A stretch of 63,997 nucleotides of DNA, counting the filler, from Sandaracinaceae bacterium (lineage in GTDB: Bacteria; Myxococcota_A; Polyangia; Polyangiales; JADJQN01), in assembly GCA_947483975.1 (NCBI GenBank). It is 11 parts of 11 records of this genome, joined end to end, with 100 filler letters (N's around TTAATTAATTAA, not from the genome) between each part and the next. Parts side by side here need not be neighbours in the genome. Positions count along the whole stretch, not along the records: positions 1 to 5,911 come from CANKOL010000326.1; positions 6,012 to 11,919 come from CANKOL010000327.1; 9 more parts are not named here. The stretch is one strand, 5' to 3'. Under the pieces are notes generated by a model. The model was not told where the DNA came from. It searched no databases and saw nothing but the letters and a program-made list of their open reading frames with translations. A program made the position numbers and the translations under genes. Below, piece after piece: positions 1-11,041 of the stretch (position 1 is its first letter; each line of letters opens with the position of its first letter).

Positions 1-2
1 CG

Positions 3-227
3 CGAGCGCGTGGCGGTGAGCGCCGCGAGGATGGCGACGTCGCGCCCGAGATCCGCGCGGCGCAGAGCGCGCAAGTGACGAGCGGCGCGACCCCAAGCGT
101 GCAGCCCGGCGCGCCGAAGGACGCCCCCGCGAGCGCACAGCCCGCCGCCCCGCCTCCCGCGGCACCCAAGCCCGCCACGCCTCAGTCGCTCGGCGAGAAG
201 CTCCTCGAGCGGCGCAAGAAGCGCTGA
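3..227 (+). CDS. 3' end of a hypothetical protein (5'-truncated), Pro/Ala-rich tail ending ...PQSLGEKLLERRKKR
   Basis: Manual translation: open frame from position 3 to TGA 225-227 with GC3-rich codons; not in the ORF track because it has no start. Confidence 0.55.
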   Translation, partial: RARGGERREDGDVAPEIRAAQSAQVTSGATPSVQPGAPKDAPASAQPAAPPPAAPKPATPQSLGEKLLERRKKR

Positions 228-257
228 CGCGCGCCGCCCTGTGCGCGCCCGCGGCGC

Positions 258-1532
258 CTACCAAGCGTTCGTGAAGCCGACGAGGGCGTGCCCGGCGCTC
301 GAGCTCACGTTGGCGACGCCGCCGCCCATCAGCGCGGGGCGAACGAGCGTCGTCTGGATGCGCGTGATGCCCGCCGCCATCAGCAGCGCGGAGTACGCGG
401 CGGGGATGGTGACGTGACTCTCGGCGAGCGCGACGCAGCGGATCTCGATGCGCTCCGTCGTCGGCAGCGGCATCGCGAACGGCGAGAGCCCGTCGGTGGG
501 CGCGTCCGTCGTGACGACGTCGACGACCGTGCCGGTGGCGCTGCCTCCGCCGCAGGAGCCCGTGTCGCAGCCGAGCGTGATCGGCGTGCCGTTGAACGGC
601 ATCGCGTTGAGCAGCCGGCGCGTCGGCAGATCGACCGTGAAGTCGTCGCCGACTCCTCCGGGGCTCGTGCTCGCGGTGAACAGCGGGAAGTGGCCTGCGC
701 CGCTCGGCGTCAGCGTGAACGCCAGCGCGTTGTCGTCGGCGAGGAAGCCCGGATCGGCGACGCCGGGGATCGCGCCTAGACCCGCGACGTTGACGTGCGA
801 CGCGGCGGTGGGGAGCGTCTCGGCGAGGACGGCCGCGTTCGCGTAGATGAGCGTGTGCGCGTCGGCGAGCGCGACGATCGGGAACTCCCCATCGTTCGCC
901 GCGTGCGTCGCGCCCCTGATGCGCACGTAGCGTCCGTGTGAGCCGGCGTCGGTGAACGTCCGGTCGAGGTCCGTCAGCGTCGCGGTGCCGCTCGCTGCGC
1001 CCCTGGCGAGGGTCCCGCCGAAGCCCGCGGTGTCCACCTCCGGGCAGTCGTAGCCGAGGCCCGCCGTGTACACGCACGCGGGCATACGCGGCGGCGTCGC
1101 GCCCCCGCTCGCGCCGAGCAACACGATGCCCTCGTCTTGCCCGACGGTCGCGGCGAGGGCTTGCTCGGCCGTGTATTCCCAGGCTTTGCAGCCGAGCGGC
1201 GAGCCCGGCAGCTCCTCGAGCGTCGGCGCGGGGACGTTCGTGCTCGTGACGAAGCGGATGCTCGCGCGGAGGCCTTGGCCGTAGAAGGTGCCGCTCGTGC
1301 CTGGGTTGAGGACCTTCGTCTCGAGCAGCGAGATCGCGCCCGAATACGTGATGGGCGGCGGCCCGAGATCGACGTTCATGTCGGCTTCGGCGCCGGCGTC
1401 GAGGTCCGCGTCGAGATCGGCGTCGAGGTCCGCGTCGAGCGCGGCGTCGACGCTCCCATCCGTCGGCGTCGTGTCGTCGTCGCCGCAGCCAGCGAGCATC
1501 AGGAGCGCGGCGAGCAGAAGAGCGCGTTTCAT
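258..1532 (-). CDS. Putative lipoprotein with acidic DADL-repeat linker, function unknown
   Basis: Start moved to ATG 1532: MKRALLLAALLMLAGC is a signal peptide II with lipobox LAGC, followed by DAALDADLDADLDADLDAG and a Gly/Thr-rich body with scattered Cys. Confidence 0.75.
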   Translation of the reverse strand: MKRALLLAALLMLAGCGDDDTTPTDGSVDAALDADLDADLDADLDAGAEADMNVDLGPPPITYSGAISLLETKVLNPGTSGTFYGQGLRASIRFVTSTNVPAPTLEELPGSPLGCKAWEYTAEQALAATVGQDEGIVLLGASGGATPPRMPACVYTAGLGYDCPEVDTAGFGGTLARGAASGTATLTDLDRTFTDAGSHGRYVRIRGATHAANDGEFPIVALADAHTLIYANAAVLAETLPTAASHVNVAGLGAIPGVADPGFLADDNALAFTLTPSGAGHFPLFTASTSPGGVGDDFTVDLPTRRLLNAMPFNGTPITLGCDTGSCGGGSATGTVVDVVTTDAPTDGLSPFAMPLPTTERIEIRCVALAESHVTIPAAYSALLMAAGITRIQTTLVRPALMGGGVANVSSSAGHALVGFTNAW

Positions 1533-1596
1533 GGAGGTCCCTCGGTCGCGGAGGAGCATAGCGGGAACCCGCGCGCGCGCTGTTATCATGCAGGCC

Positions 1597-2013
1597 ATGA
1601 CCGCCTCCGATGGCTGTGAGAACTGCGGCGCGCCCTACCACATCAGCCTCGCCTGCTGTCAGTACTGCGACATCCCGATCCCCGGACGCGTCGCCGGGAT
1701 TCGCTGCCCGCAGTGCACCGAGGTCGCGACGTCGGACGCGCGCGTGTGCGGCGTGTGCAGCTTCGCCTTCACGAAGGGCTGCGTGTTCTGCGGACACGCC
1801 GCGTTCCTCACTGCGCCCGCGTGCCCGGGCTGTCGGGAGGCGTTCGACGGCGCGGAGGCGCGCAAGCGACAGCGCGATGAGGCGGCGAGCCGCGCGCAGA
1901 CGATGGGGCTCGCGGCCCAGGGAATCTCGGTGCTCGGGCAGGTCGCGGGCTCGTCGACGGGGCAGAGCCTGCTAGGCGGGCTCTTCGACATGATCATCAA
2001 GTCGAACGGCTGA
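1597..2013 (+). CDS. Small multi zinc-ribbon protein (six CxxC motifs)
   Basis: CENC, CQYC, CPQC, CGVC, CVFC, CPGC followed by a helical C-terminus; start ATG 1597 (or 1588), divergent from the lipoprotein gene. Confidence 0.75.
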   Translation: MTASDGCENCGAPYHISLACCQYCDIPIPGRVAGIRCPQCTEVATSDARVCGVCSFAFTKGCVFCGHAAFLTAPACPGCREAFDGAEARKRQRDEAASRAQTMGLAAQGISVLGQVAGSSTGQSLLGGLFDMIIKSNG

Positions 2014-2067
2014 GTTCGCGCGGCGCGCACGCTTGCATACGCGCGCTGCCGTGCGCACTTGCCGACC

Positions 2068-2871
2068 ATGATGAAGACGTTCGCGGGGGCGGTTGCGGCC
2101 TATGCTTCGTATGGAATCGTGTGCGTCGACGTGACGGCGCCGCTGAACGAGGTCGCGCGCGTCCTCGAGGCGCGGGCGTTTTCCGGCGTCGGCGTGCGCG
2201 ACCACGAGGGCCCCGTCATCGGCATCGTCTCGACGACCGACGTGCTCGCCGCCGTCGAGCTCGAGACGCGCGAGGATCCGAGCCGCTTCGCGGTGCGCCC
2301 GACCGCTCGAACGGCGGGCGAGGTGATGCGGACGCCCGTGCGCGTCGACGAGGACGCGCCGCTGCACGAGGCCGCGCGGCGCATGGTCGCGCACCGCATT
2401 CAGCGGGTGTTCGTGTCGCGCGACGACCACACGGTCGGCGTCTTGAGCGCGCGCGATCTCCTGCGCGCCGTCAGCAACTCCCGCGTGATGGAGCCCGTGT
2501 CCTCGGTGATGAATCGCTCGATCGAGCGCATCGACCTGAGCGAGACGGTGCGCGCGGCGATCGCGCAGCTCGTCACGTCGAACGCCCACGGGCTCGTCGT
2601 GCTCGACGGCACGACGCCCGTCGGCCTGTTCACGCACACCGAGGCGCTCCGCGCGCGCGCGCTGCCGCACGCCCTGCTCGACAATCCCGTCGAGCGAGTG
2701 ATGAGCTACGAGTTCGTGCGCGTGGACGCGTCGACTCCGCTCCATCGCGTCGCGTCGCACTCCATCGCCATGCAGCTACGGCGGGTGCTCGTCACCGACG
2801 GGCAGGGGCTCTGCGGCATCGCGACGGCGCTCGACATCGCGCGCTACGTCGCCGAGTCGACGAGCGAGTGA
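2068..2871 (+). CDS. CBS-domain protein (two Bateman pairs)
   Basis: Repeated CBS patterns: VIGIVSTTDVL, TAGEVMRTPVRV, VGVLSARDLL, PVSSVMNR, VGLFTHTEAL, PVERVMS, LCGIATALDI. Confidence 0.85.
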   Translation: MMKTFAGAVAAYASYGIVCVDVTAPLNEVARVLEARAFSGVGVRDHEGPVIGIVSTTDVLAAVELETREDPSRFAVRPTARTAGEVMRTPVRVDEDAPLHEAARRMVAHRIQRVFVSRDDHTVGVLSARDLLRAVSNSRVMEPVSSVMNRSIERIDLSETVRAAIAQLVTSNAHGLVVLDGTTPVGLFTHTEALRARALPHALLDNPVERVMSYEFVRVDASTPLHRVASHSIAMQLRRVLVTDGQGLCGIATALDIARYVAESTSE

Positions 2872-2917
2872 GAGTGGGCGCCGGAGCGCTCATCGGCCGA
2901 GCGCGCGTCGGCGGACC

Positions 2918-3466
2918 TCAAGTGCAGAAGCCGATCACGCAGGAGTGACCGGGGGCGCAGCCGCCGCCCGGGCAGCAGAGCTGAGCAGTGCCGCCGCAAG
3001 GCGCGCAGGTCAGCCCGAGCGTGCACACGAAGCCCATCTGGCAACGGTCCATGTCGCAGCAAGGCTGCAGGGAGCTGCCGCACGCCACGCACGACGAGAG
3101 CACACACGCCTCCATCGGCGTGCACGCGCCGTCGCACGGCGGCGGAGGCGGGCCGAGATCCACGCCGAAGTCGACGCCGAGGTCGACGCCGAGGTCGGGC
3201 GGGCCGAGGTCGATCGGCTCCGGCCCCAGATCCGTGCCGAGGTCGGGCGCAGCGAGGTCGACGCCGAGGTCGAGCGCGCCGAGGTCGGGCGCGCCGAGAT
3301 CGGGGGGCGGGTGCGTCCCCGCGTCGAAGCGCTCGCCCCCGTCCGTCGCGTCGTGCGCGAGGCCGCTCCGGGCGACCGCACAGCCGCTGGCGAGCAGCGC
3401 CAACCACGCGACCATCGCGCCCGCGCGAGCGAACTGCCTGAACGTCGTGCGCCGCTGCGGGTCCAT
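2918..3466 (-). CDS. Small secreted or lipoprotein with DLG-repeat linker and Cys-rich C-terminus
   Basis: 3' part of ORF 2918..4222. Start ATG 3466 or 3415; hydrophobic stretch with lipobox ASGC; DLGAPDLGALDLGVDLAAPDLG run; C-terminus CGSSLQPCC...CGGTAQLCC. Confidence 0.7.
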   Translation of the reverse strand: MDPQRRTTFRQFARAGAMVAWLALLASGCAVARSGLAHDATDGGERFDAGTHPPPDLGAPDLGALDLGVDLAAPDLGTDLGPEPIDLGPPDLGVDLGVDFGVDLGPPPPPCDGACTPMEACVLSSCVACGSSLQPCCDMDRCQMGFVCTLGLTCAPCGGTAQLCCPGGGCAPGHSCVIGFCT

Positions 3467-3611
3467 CGCCGAGACCGAGCGTCCCACGCGCGCCGGGTGT
3501 GATCCATCGCTTTCCGGCGCTGACGTCGGCGCGTCCGGTCCGGAGCCACCAGCGTCGCGCCCTGCGCCCTGGCGACAGTCCTGATACGCTCTCGTCTGCA
3601 GGGAGGTGCAT

Positions 3612-4871
3612 ATGCGCGCGCTTCGTCTCGTCTCTTCGCTGGCCGCCGTGGTGCTCTCGCTGACCGGGTGCAGCCTCGTCCTCGATACAGATCCGCCGGA
3701 CCCGATCCTCTCGACGGACCTCGGCGGCTTCGAGTTCGACGCCGGGGCGCGCGACCTCGGCACGCGCGACCTCGGCGAGTACGACGAACCCGCAGTGGAC
3801 GGCGGGCGGCCCGTCGACGCGGGGCCGCCCGTGGAGGATGGCGGCGAGATGGACGCCGGCGACGCCGATGCCGGCTGCTTGAGCGGCGCAGACTGCGACG
3901 ACGGCGTGTTCTGCAATGGCCTCGAGGAGTGCATCGACCGTATGTGCGTGACGACGCCTGCCATGTGTCCCGACGCCGACGGCATCGAGTGCACGCGCCC
4001 GGCGTGCGACCCGATGCTCGACCGATGCGTCGAGACCGCCGACAGCGCGTGGTGCACCGTGGGCACGTATTGCAGCCCCGTGGATGGCTGTCTGCGGCCC
4101 CCCGACTGCTTGGCGAACACCGATTGCATGCCGGCGGACGCGTGCACGAGGGGGACCTGCATCGCCGGGGCGTGCCACTTCGCCCCGCTCGACTGCGCGA
4201 CGACCTTGCCGCCGCTCCCCACGGGCGACTGCCGCGTGCCGACTTGTGACGGCGCGCTCGGCTGCGTTTATGCGCCGGTGCACGCGCGCTGCGCCGACCT
4301 CCTCGGCTGTACGGTCGATGGTTGCCGGGCTGACGGGACCTGCGCGCACGAGCCGCAGCCGGCGCTCTGCGACGATGGCGCTAGCTGCACCGTGGATTCC
4401 TGCGATCCTGCCTCCGTCTGCGTCGAGGTCGGCGGCGGGATGTCCGGCTGCAAGCACGCGCCCGACAACGCCGCGTGCGCGGGCGCCGTGACTTCGATCG
4501 TGGCCGCGAACCCCGGTCTCGCCTGCGCGACGCCGGTGTGCGTCGGGGGCACCGCGAGGAATCCGACGGGCTGCGGGTTCGAGGGCGGCTGCGCGTCGGG
4601 CGAGCAGTGCGCCCCCACCGGAGGCGGGCCCCGCGCGTGTCTGCCGCCCACCACCACCTCGCCGTGTGCCAGCGACGCGTACTGCAACGATGGCAATCCC
4701 TGCAACGGCGCCGAGACGTGCCTCCGTGGGACCTGTCAGCCCGCGATCACTTCGCCGTGCAGTCCCACGCCGACAGGGCTCACGATCGATGGACTGTGTG
4801 CGCTCTCGGGACCCAGTCCGATCTGCGCGCTGCGCCCGGATCCGTGCCTCGTCGCGCTCTCGACTCCGTAG
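3612..4871 (+). CDS. Cys-rich repeat lipoprotein (myxobacterial disulfide-repeat type)
   Basis: GGAGG at 3602-3606 before ATG 3612; lipobox LTGC; repeated CDDGVFCNGLEEC / CDDGASCTVDSCDP / CNDGNPCNGAETC motifs. Confidence 0.8.
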   Translation: MRALRLVSSLAAVVLSLTGCSLVLDTDPPDPILSTDLGGFEFDAGARDLGTRDLGEYDEPAVDGGRPVDAGPPVEDGGEMDAGDADAGCLSGADCDDGVFCNGLEECIDRMCVTTPAMCPDADGIECTRPACDPMLDRCVETADSAWCTVGTYCSPVDGCLRPPDCLANTDCMPADACTRGTCIAGACHFAPLDCATTLPPLPTGDCRVPTCDGALGCVYAPVHARCADLLGCTVDGCRADGTCAHEPQPALCDDGASCTVDSCDPASVCVEVGGGMSGCKHAPDNAACAGAVTSIVAANPGLACATPVCVGGTARNPTGCGFEGGCASGEQCAPTGGGPRACLPPTTTSPCASDAYCNDGNPCNGAETCLRGTCQPAITSPCSPTPTGLTIDGLCALSGPSPICALRPDPCLVALSTP

Positions 4872-4903
4872 CGGGGACACCGCGACGTGCGCACCGAGCC
4901 GAC

Positions 4904-5683
4904 ATGAGCGCGCCCGAAGCCGAGTATGTGCGCGTCGCCGTCGGCGCCTACGTCAGCGACGTCGCCGTGTATCGCGCACGCGCGCCTCGCGTCGCGACGC
5001 TCGTGTTCTTGCACGGGGCGGGCTGCGACCATCACATGGCGGAGCCCCTCGCCGAGGCGCTGCCCGACGTCGACGTGATCGCGCCCGATCTGCCTGGGCG
5101 CGGCCGCACTTCGGGACCGCCGTGCACGACGGCGGCAGAGGCTGCCGCGTTCGTCGGCGCCGCGCTCGACGCGCTCGACGCGCCGCGCGCGTTCGTCCTC
5201 GGACACTCGTACGGCGGAGGCATCGCGCTCGAGCTCGCGCTGACGCGCCCGCTCGCGGGGCTCGTGCTCGCCTCGACGGGCGCGAGGCTGCGCGTGCATC
5301 CGGGCGTGCTCGACGCGATGCGCTCGCAAGCAGACACGTCGCGCGAGAGCGCGGGCTTGCTCGGCTGGTCGAACGGCGCCGACCCGCAGCTCATCGCGCG
5401 GCTCGACGGCTACGCCCGCGCCGTGCCCTCCGCCACCTCGCTCGCCGACTGGCGCGCGACCGACGCGTTCGACCGCATGGGCGCGCTCGGCGCGCTGCGG
5501 GTGCCGACGCTCGTGCTCGCCGGCGCCGACGATGTGCTCACTCCGCCGAAGTACGCGAGCTATCTCGCCGCGCAGCTCGCAGGCGCGCGCCTCGAGCTGC
5601 TCGCGGGCGCGGGGCATATGCTCCCGCTCGATCAGGCCGCGCGCGTCGCGCCGCTCGTGCGGGCGTTCCTCGCCGCCTCCTGA
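4904..5683 (+). CDS. Alpha/beta-fold hydrolase
   Basis: LVFLHGAG, PDLPGRG, nucleophile motif GHSYGG, acid GADD and catalytic His in AGHM; start ATG 4904. Confidence 0.9.
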   Translation: MSAPEAEYVRVAVGAYVSDVAVYRARAPRVATLVFLHGAGCDHHMAEPLAEALPDVDVIAPDLPGRGRTSGPPCTTAAEAAAFVGAALDALDAPRAFVLGHSYGGGIALELALTRPLAGLVLASTGARLRVHPGVLDAMRSQADTSRESAGLLGWSNGADPQLIARLDGYARAVPSATSLADWRATDAFDRMGALGALRVPTLVLAGADDVLTPPKYASYLAAQLAGARLELLAGAGHMLPLDQAARVAPLVRAFLAAS

Positions 5684-5692
5684 GCTCGCGCC

Positions 5693-5911
5693 TCAGCGCG
5701 CGCACTCGTCGGCGTCCGCGCCGAGCACATCCCGCACGAACGTCCGGAAGCTGCCCGTCACGCGCCCGCGCCCACCCGGCATCGGCATCGTCAGCGTGAC
5801 CGTACCCGCGAGGAGCGCCCCACGGGTCGCGCCGTGCGCCTCGAGCGTGACCTCGCCCCGCCCGCCGGGGTCGCTCGTCGCGTCGTTCGCGCGCGGGATG
5901 CGCAGGCGGAG
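5693..5911 (-). CDS. 3' end of a hypothetical protein (truncated by contig end)
   Basis: Manual translation LRLRIPRANDATSDPGGRGEVTLEAH...VTGSFRTFVRDVLGADADECAR-stop; open from the linker to TGA at 5693-5695. Confidence 0.5.
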   Translation of the reverse strand, partial: LRLRIPRANDATSDPGGRGEVTLEAHGATRGALLAGTVTLTMPMPGGRGRVTGSFRTFVRDVLGADADECAR

Positions 5912-6011
5912 NNNNNNNNNNNNNNNNNNNNNNNNNNNNNNNNNNNNNNNNNNNNTTAATTAATTAANNNNNNNNNNNNNNNNNNNNNNNNNNNNNNNNN
6001 NNNNNNNNNNN
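5912..6011. other. Artificial contig linker (first of ten; others at 11920-12019, 17927-18026, 23930-24029, 29913-30012, 35832-35931, 41735-41834, 47627-47726, 53464-53563, 59298-59397)
   Basis: Identical 100-nt N44-TTAATTAATTAA-N44 spacers carrying stops in all six frames; genes are cut at each one. Confidence 0.99.
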
Positions 6012-6168
6012 CGGGCGCCGCCGAGCGCGACGAGGTGGGAGCCCCTGCCCGGCGCTGGCGGGCCGCTGACGACGGCGTCGCGGTCGGCGCGACATCGACA
6101 CCGCGCCGCGCAGGGGCAACGCTCGCCGAAATGCGCCGCGCTCCCGCTCCCCGTAGCCTGCCCGAACG

Positions 6169-7353
6169 ATGAGCCCGCCCGGCGCCGTCCCGCGCGTCTC
6201 GGACCGCACCTACCTCGCGCTCGCCGTCCTCGCGTGGCTCGTGACGTACGCGGTCGTCGGCGCGCTCGTCTGCACGACGACCGCCTACAACACGATCACC
6301 TACGACGTGTACGTCGCCGCCGCGCAGCGCTGGTGGGCGCACGCGCCGCTCTACGACCTCAGCTCCGTCGACGACTTTCAGTACCTGCCGCACGCCGCGC
6401 TCCTGTTCTCGCCGTTCGCCTACCTCGGGACGCCGCTCGGCGAGCTCCTGTGGCGCGGCTGCTGCTGGGCGCTCTTCGCGCACGGCGTCTGGCGCGTCGC
6501 GCGGCACCTCGCGCCGACCGCGCCCGGCAAGGCGTTCTTCCTCGCGACCGCCCTCACCATCGCGCCCTCGGTCAACAGCCTCGGCATCGGCCAGTCCAAC
6601 CTGCTGCTCGCCGCGGCCACGCTGCACGTCGCGGCGGACCTCGTCGAGCGGCGCTTCTGGCGCGCGACGGGCCTCTTGATGCTGGGGCTCGCCGCCAAGC
6701 CCCTGATGGCCGTGCTGTTGCTGCTGGTGGGCGCGCTCTACCGCCCGACGCGGTGGCGCATCCCGCTCGCCTTGGGCGTGCTCTTCGCGCTCCCGTGCTT
6801 GGCGAGCGACCCAGCCTATGTGCTCGAGCAGTACCGGGGCTTCCTCGCCAAGTCGCGCCTGACCGCGAACCCGCACCGCCTCTTCGAGGACGCGAACGGC
6901 CTGCTGACGAGCGCGGGCGTCGTCCTCCCGTACACCTCGCTCGTCGCGGTGCGCGCCCTCGCTGCCGTCGGCACCCTGGCCCTCTGCGCGCGCGCCAAGC
7001 GGGCCTTCCCGGACGCCCGAGCGGCGCTGTACGTCGCCGCGCTCGCCGTCGCGTACCTGATGCTGTTCAACCCGCGCACGCAGTCGAACTCGTACTCGAT
7101 CGCGGCGCCCTTGGTCGGGCTCCTCGCCGCGGGCTACCTGCTCGAGCAGCGCTGGGCGGCGGCGGGCGCGTTGGTCGCCGTCACGCTCTGCTGGGCGGGC
7201 AACACGCACTGGATGGTGTGGCCCGAGTTCTGGCTGAAGCCGCTCGCCTGCGCGGGCTTCGCGGCGCTCCTCGCGTGGGATCTCTTCCGCGCGCCGCTCA
7301 GCCCGTCGCCGACGAAGCAGCGCTCCGCCGCGACCAGACCTCGCGCGCGATGA
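6169..7353 (+). CDS. Polytopic membrane glycosyltransferase, GT87/DUF2029-like (GT-C)
   Basis: Many TM segments; family-like motifs PLY..FQYLPHAALLFSPF, GQSNLLL, LGLAAKP. Confidence 0.7.
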   Translation: MSPPGAVPRVSDRTYLALAVLAWLVTYAVVGALVCTTTAYNTITYDVYVAAAQRWWAHAPLYDLSSVDDFQYLPHAALLFSPFAYLGTPLGELLWRGCCWALFAHGVWRVARHLAPTAPGKAFFLATALTIAPSVNSLGIGQSNLLLAAATLHVAADLVERRFWRATGLLMLGLAAKPLMAVLLLLVGALYRPTRWRIPLALGVLFALPCLASDPAYVLEQYRGFLAKSRLTANPHRLFEDANGLLTSAGVVLPYTSLVAVRALAAVGTLALCARAKRAFPDARAALYVAALAVAYLMLFNPRTQSNSYSIAAPLVGLLAAGYLLEQRWAAAGALVAVTLCWAGNTHWMVWPEFWLKPLACAGFAALLAWDLFRAPLSPSPTKQRSAATRPRAR

Positions 7354-7396
7354 GCGCGACGAGCACCGCCGCGAGCACCGCGGAGGAGCCGCTGCC

Positions 7397-8758
<1,362 letters not shown>

Positions 8759-8947
8759 TCACGCGGCGGCGGCGCCGCCCAGGGCTCGCTGCAGGGCCTC
8801 CCGCCCGGCTCCGGGAGGGAATATGGCAACGGCCCACGTGTTGCCCCACGGTCGGTGCGCGTGCTAACGCCCGGACCCGCATCGACGACCGCGAACCCTC
8901 GAAGCGCGCCTGCCCGCTCCGCCCACCGGAAAGACCCCACGACGGCC

Positions 8948-9991
<1,044 letters not shown>

Positions 9992-10022
9992 GAGTCGCGC
10001 CTCGGCGCACGCGGACGCTGCC

Positions 10023-10913
10023 ATGATCCCGCGCGACCTCGTCAAGAAGCTGCGGAAGATCGAGATCCACACCGCGCGGCTGGCCAACGACCAGCTCGCG
10101 GGCGGCTATCACTCCGTCTTCAAGGGCCGCGGGATGGCCTTCGCGGAGGTGCGCCAGTACCAGGCGGGCGACGACGTCCGCTTCATCGACTGGAACGTCT
10201 CCGCGCGCATGAACGACACCTACGTGAAGGTCTTCACGGAGGAGCGCGAGATGACGGTGATGCTCGTCGTCGATCTCTCGGCGAGCGAGCGCTTCGGCAG
10301 CGTCGCGCGCCCGAAGGTCGAGACCGTCGCCGAGGTCGCCGCGCTCCTCGCGTTCAGCGCGATCAAGAACAACGACCGCGTGGGCTTGATCCTGTTCACC
10401 GACCGCGTCGAGACGTACGTCCCGCCCAAGAAGGGCAAGGGACATGTGATGCGCGTCATCGCCGAGATCCTCGGGGCCAAGCCGCAGGGCACGGGCACGG
10501 ATCTGCGCGTCGCGCTCGATCTGCTCGGCGGCGTCGCGCGGCGGCGCTCGGTGGCGTTCTTGATCAGCGACTTCATCGCCGACGACCGCTACGAGCGCAG
10601 CCTGCGCATCGCCGCGGCGAAGCACGACCTGATCCCCGTGCAGGTGACCGACCCGCGGGAAGAGGAGCTTCCGGACATCGGACTCGCGCTGCTCGAGGAC
10701 CTCGAGTCCGGGGTGCTCGTCGAGGTCGACACGAGCGATCCGAGGGTGCGCAGCGCCTACGCGACGATGATCGCCAAGGCGCGCGCCAAGCGCGAGCAGA
10801 CCTTCCGCCGACTGCGCCTCGATCACGTCACGGTCCGCACGAACGAGGGCTATGTGCGGCCGCTGATCGATCTGTTTCGCGCGCGGCAGAGCCGCATGAA
10901 GAGGTACGGATGA
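10023..10913 (+). CDS. DUF58 (VWA-like) protein of the MoxR/Bat cluster
   Basis: YHSVFKGRGMAFAEVRQYQAGDDVRFIDWNVSAR, VKVFTEERE, VDLSAS, FLISDF. Confidence 0.92.
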   Translation: MIPRDLVKKLRKIEIHTARLANDQLAGGYHSVFKGRGMAFAEVRQYQAGDDVRFIDWNVSARMNDTYVKVFTEEREMTVMLVVDLSASERFGSVARPKVETVAEVAALLAFSAIKNNDRVGLILFTDRVETYVPPKKGKGHVMRVIAEILGAKPQGTGTDLRVALDLLGGVARRRSVAFLISDFIADDRYERSLRIAAAKHDLIPVQVTDPREEELPDIGLALLEDLESGVLVEVDTSDPRVRSAYATMIAKARAKREQTFRRLRLDHVTVRTNEGYVRPLIDLFRARQSRMKRYG

Positions 10914-11041
10914 AGATGAGCCCAGAACCGCCCGATAGCGGCTTACGTCCTCACTCCGCCCCTGCGGAATACGCGGAGTATTCCTCGGGTCTGCGTTGCG
11001 GGCGCGCTCGCTCTCGGTCTGGTTCTGAGCTCATCTTCGTC
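10909..11041. mobile_element. ~130-bp palindromic miniature element (MITE/RPE-like) read in frame at a gene 5' end
   Basis: Terminal inverted repeats GATGAAGATGAGCCCAGAACC (10909-10929) and GGTTCTGAGCTCATCTTCGTC (11021-11041) match 19/21; inner arms CCGATAGCG/CGCTCTCGG; central GGAATAC-gcgga-GTATTCC. Confidence 0.7.

Noticed and set aside
2021..2037. Possible sigma54 promoter CGGCGCGCACGCTTGCA before the CBS gene
   Set aside because: GG-to-GC spacing is 11 nt rather than the required 10.
5912..6011. TTAATTAATTAA motif recurring about every 5.9 kb
   Set aside because: Artificial stop-in-all-frames linker flanked by Ns; not biological. ORFs ending in X-runs or LIN are truncated by it.
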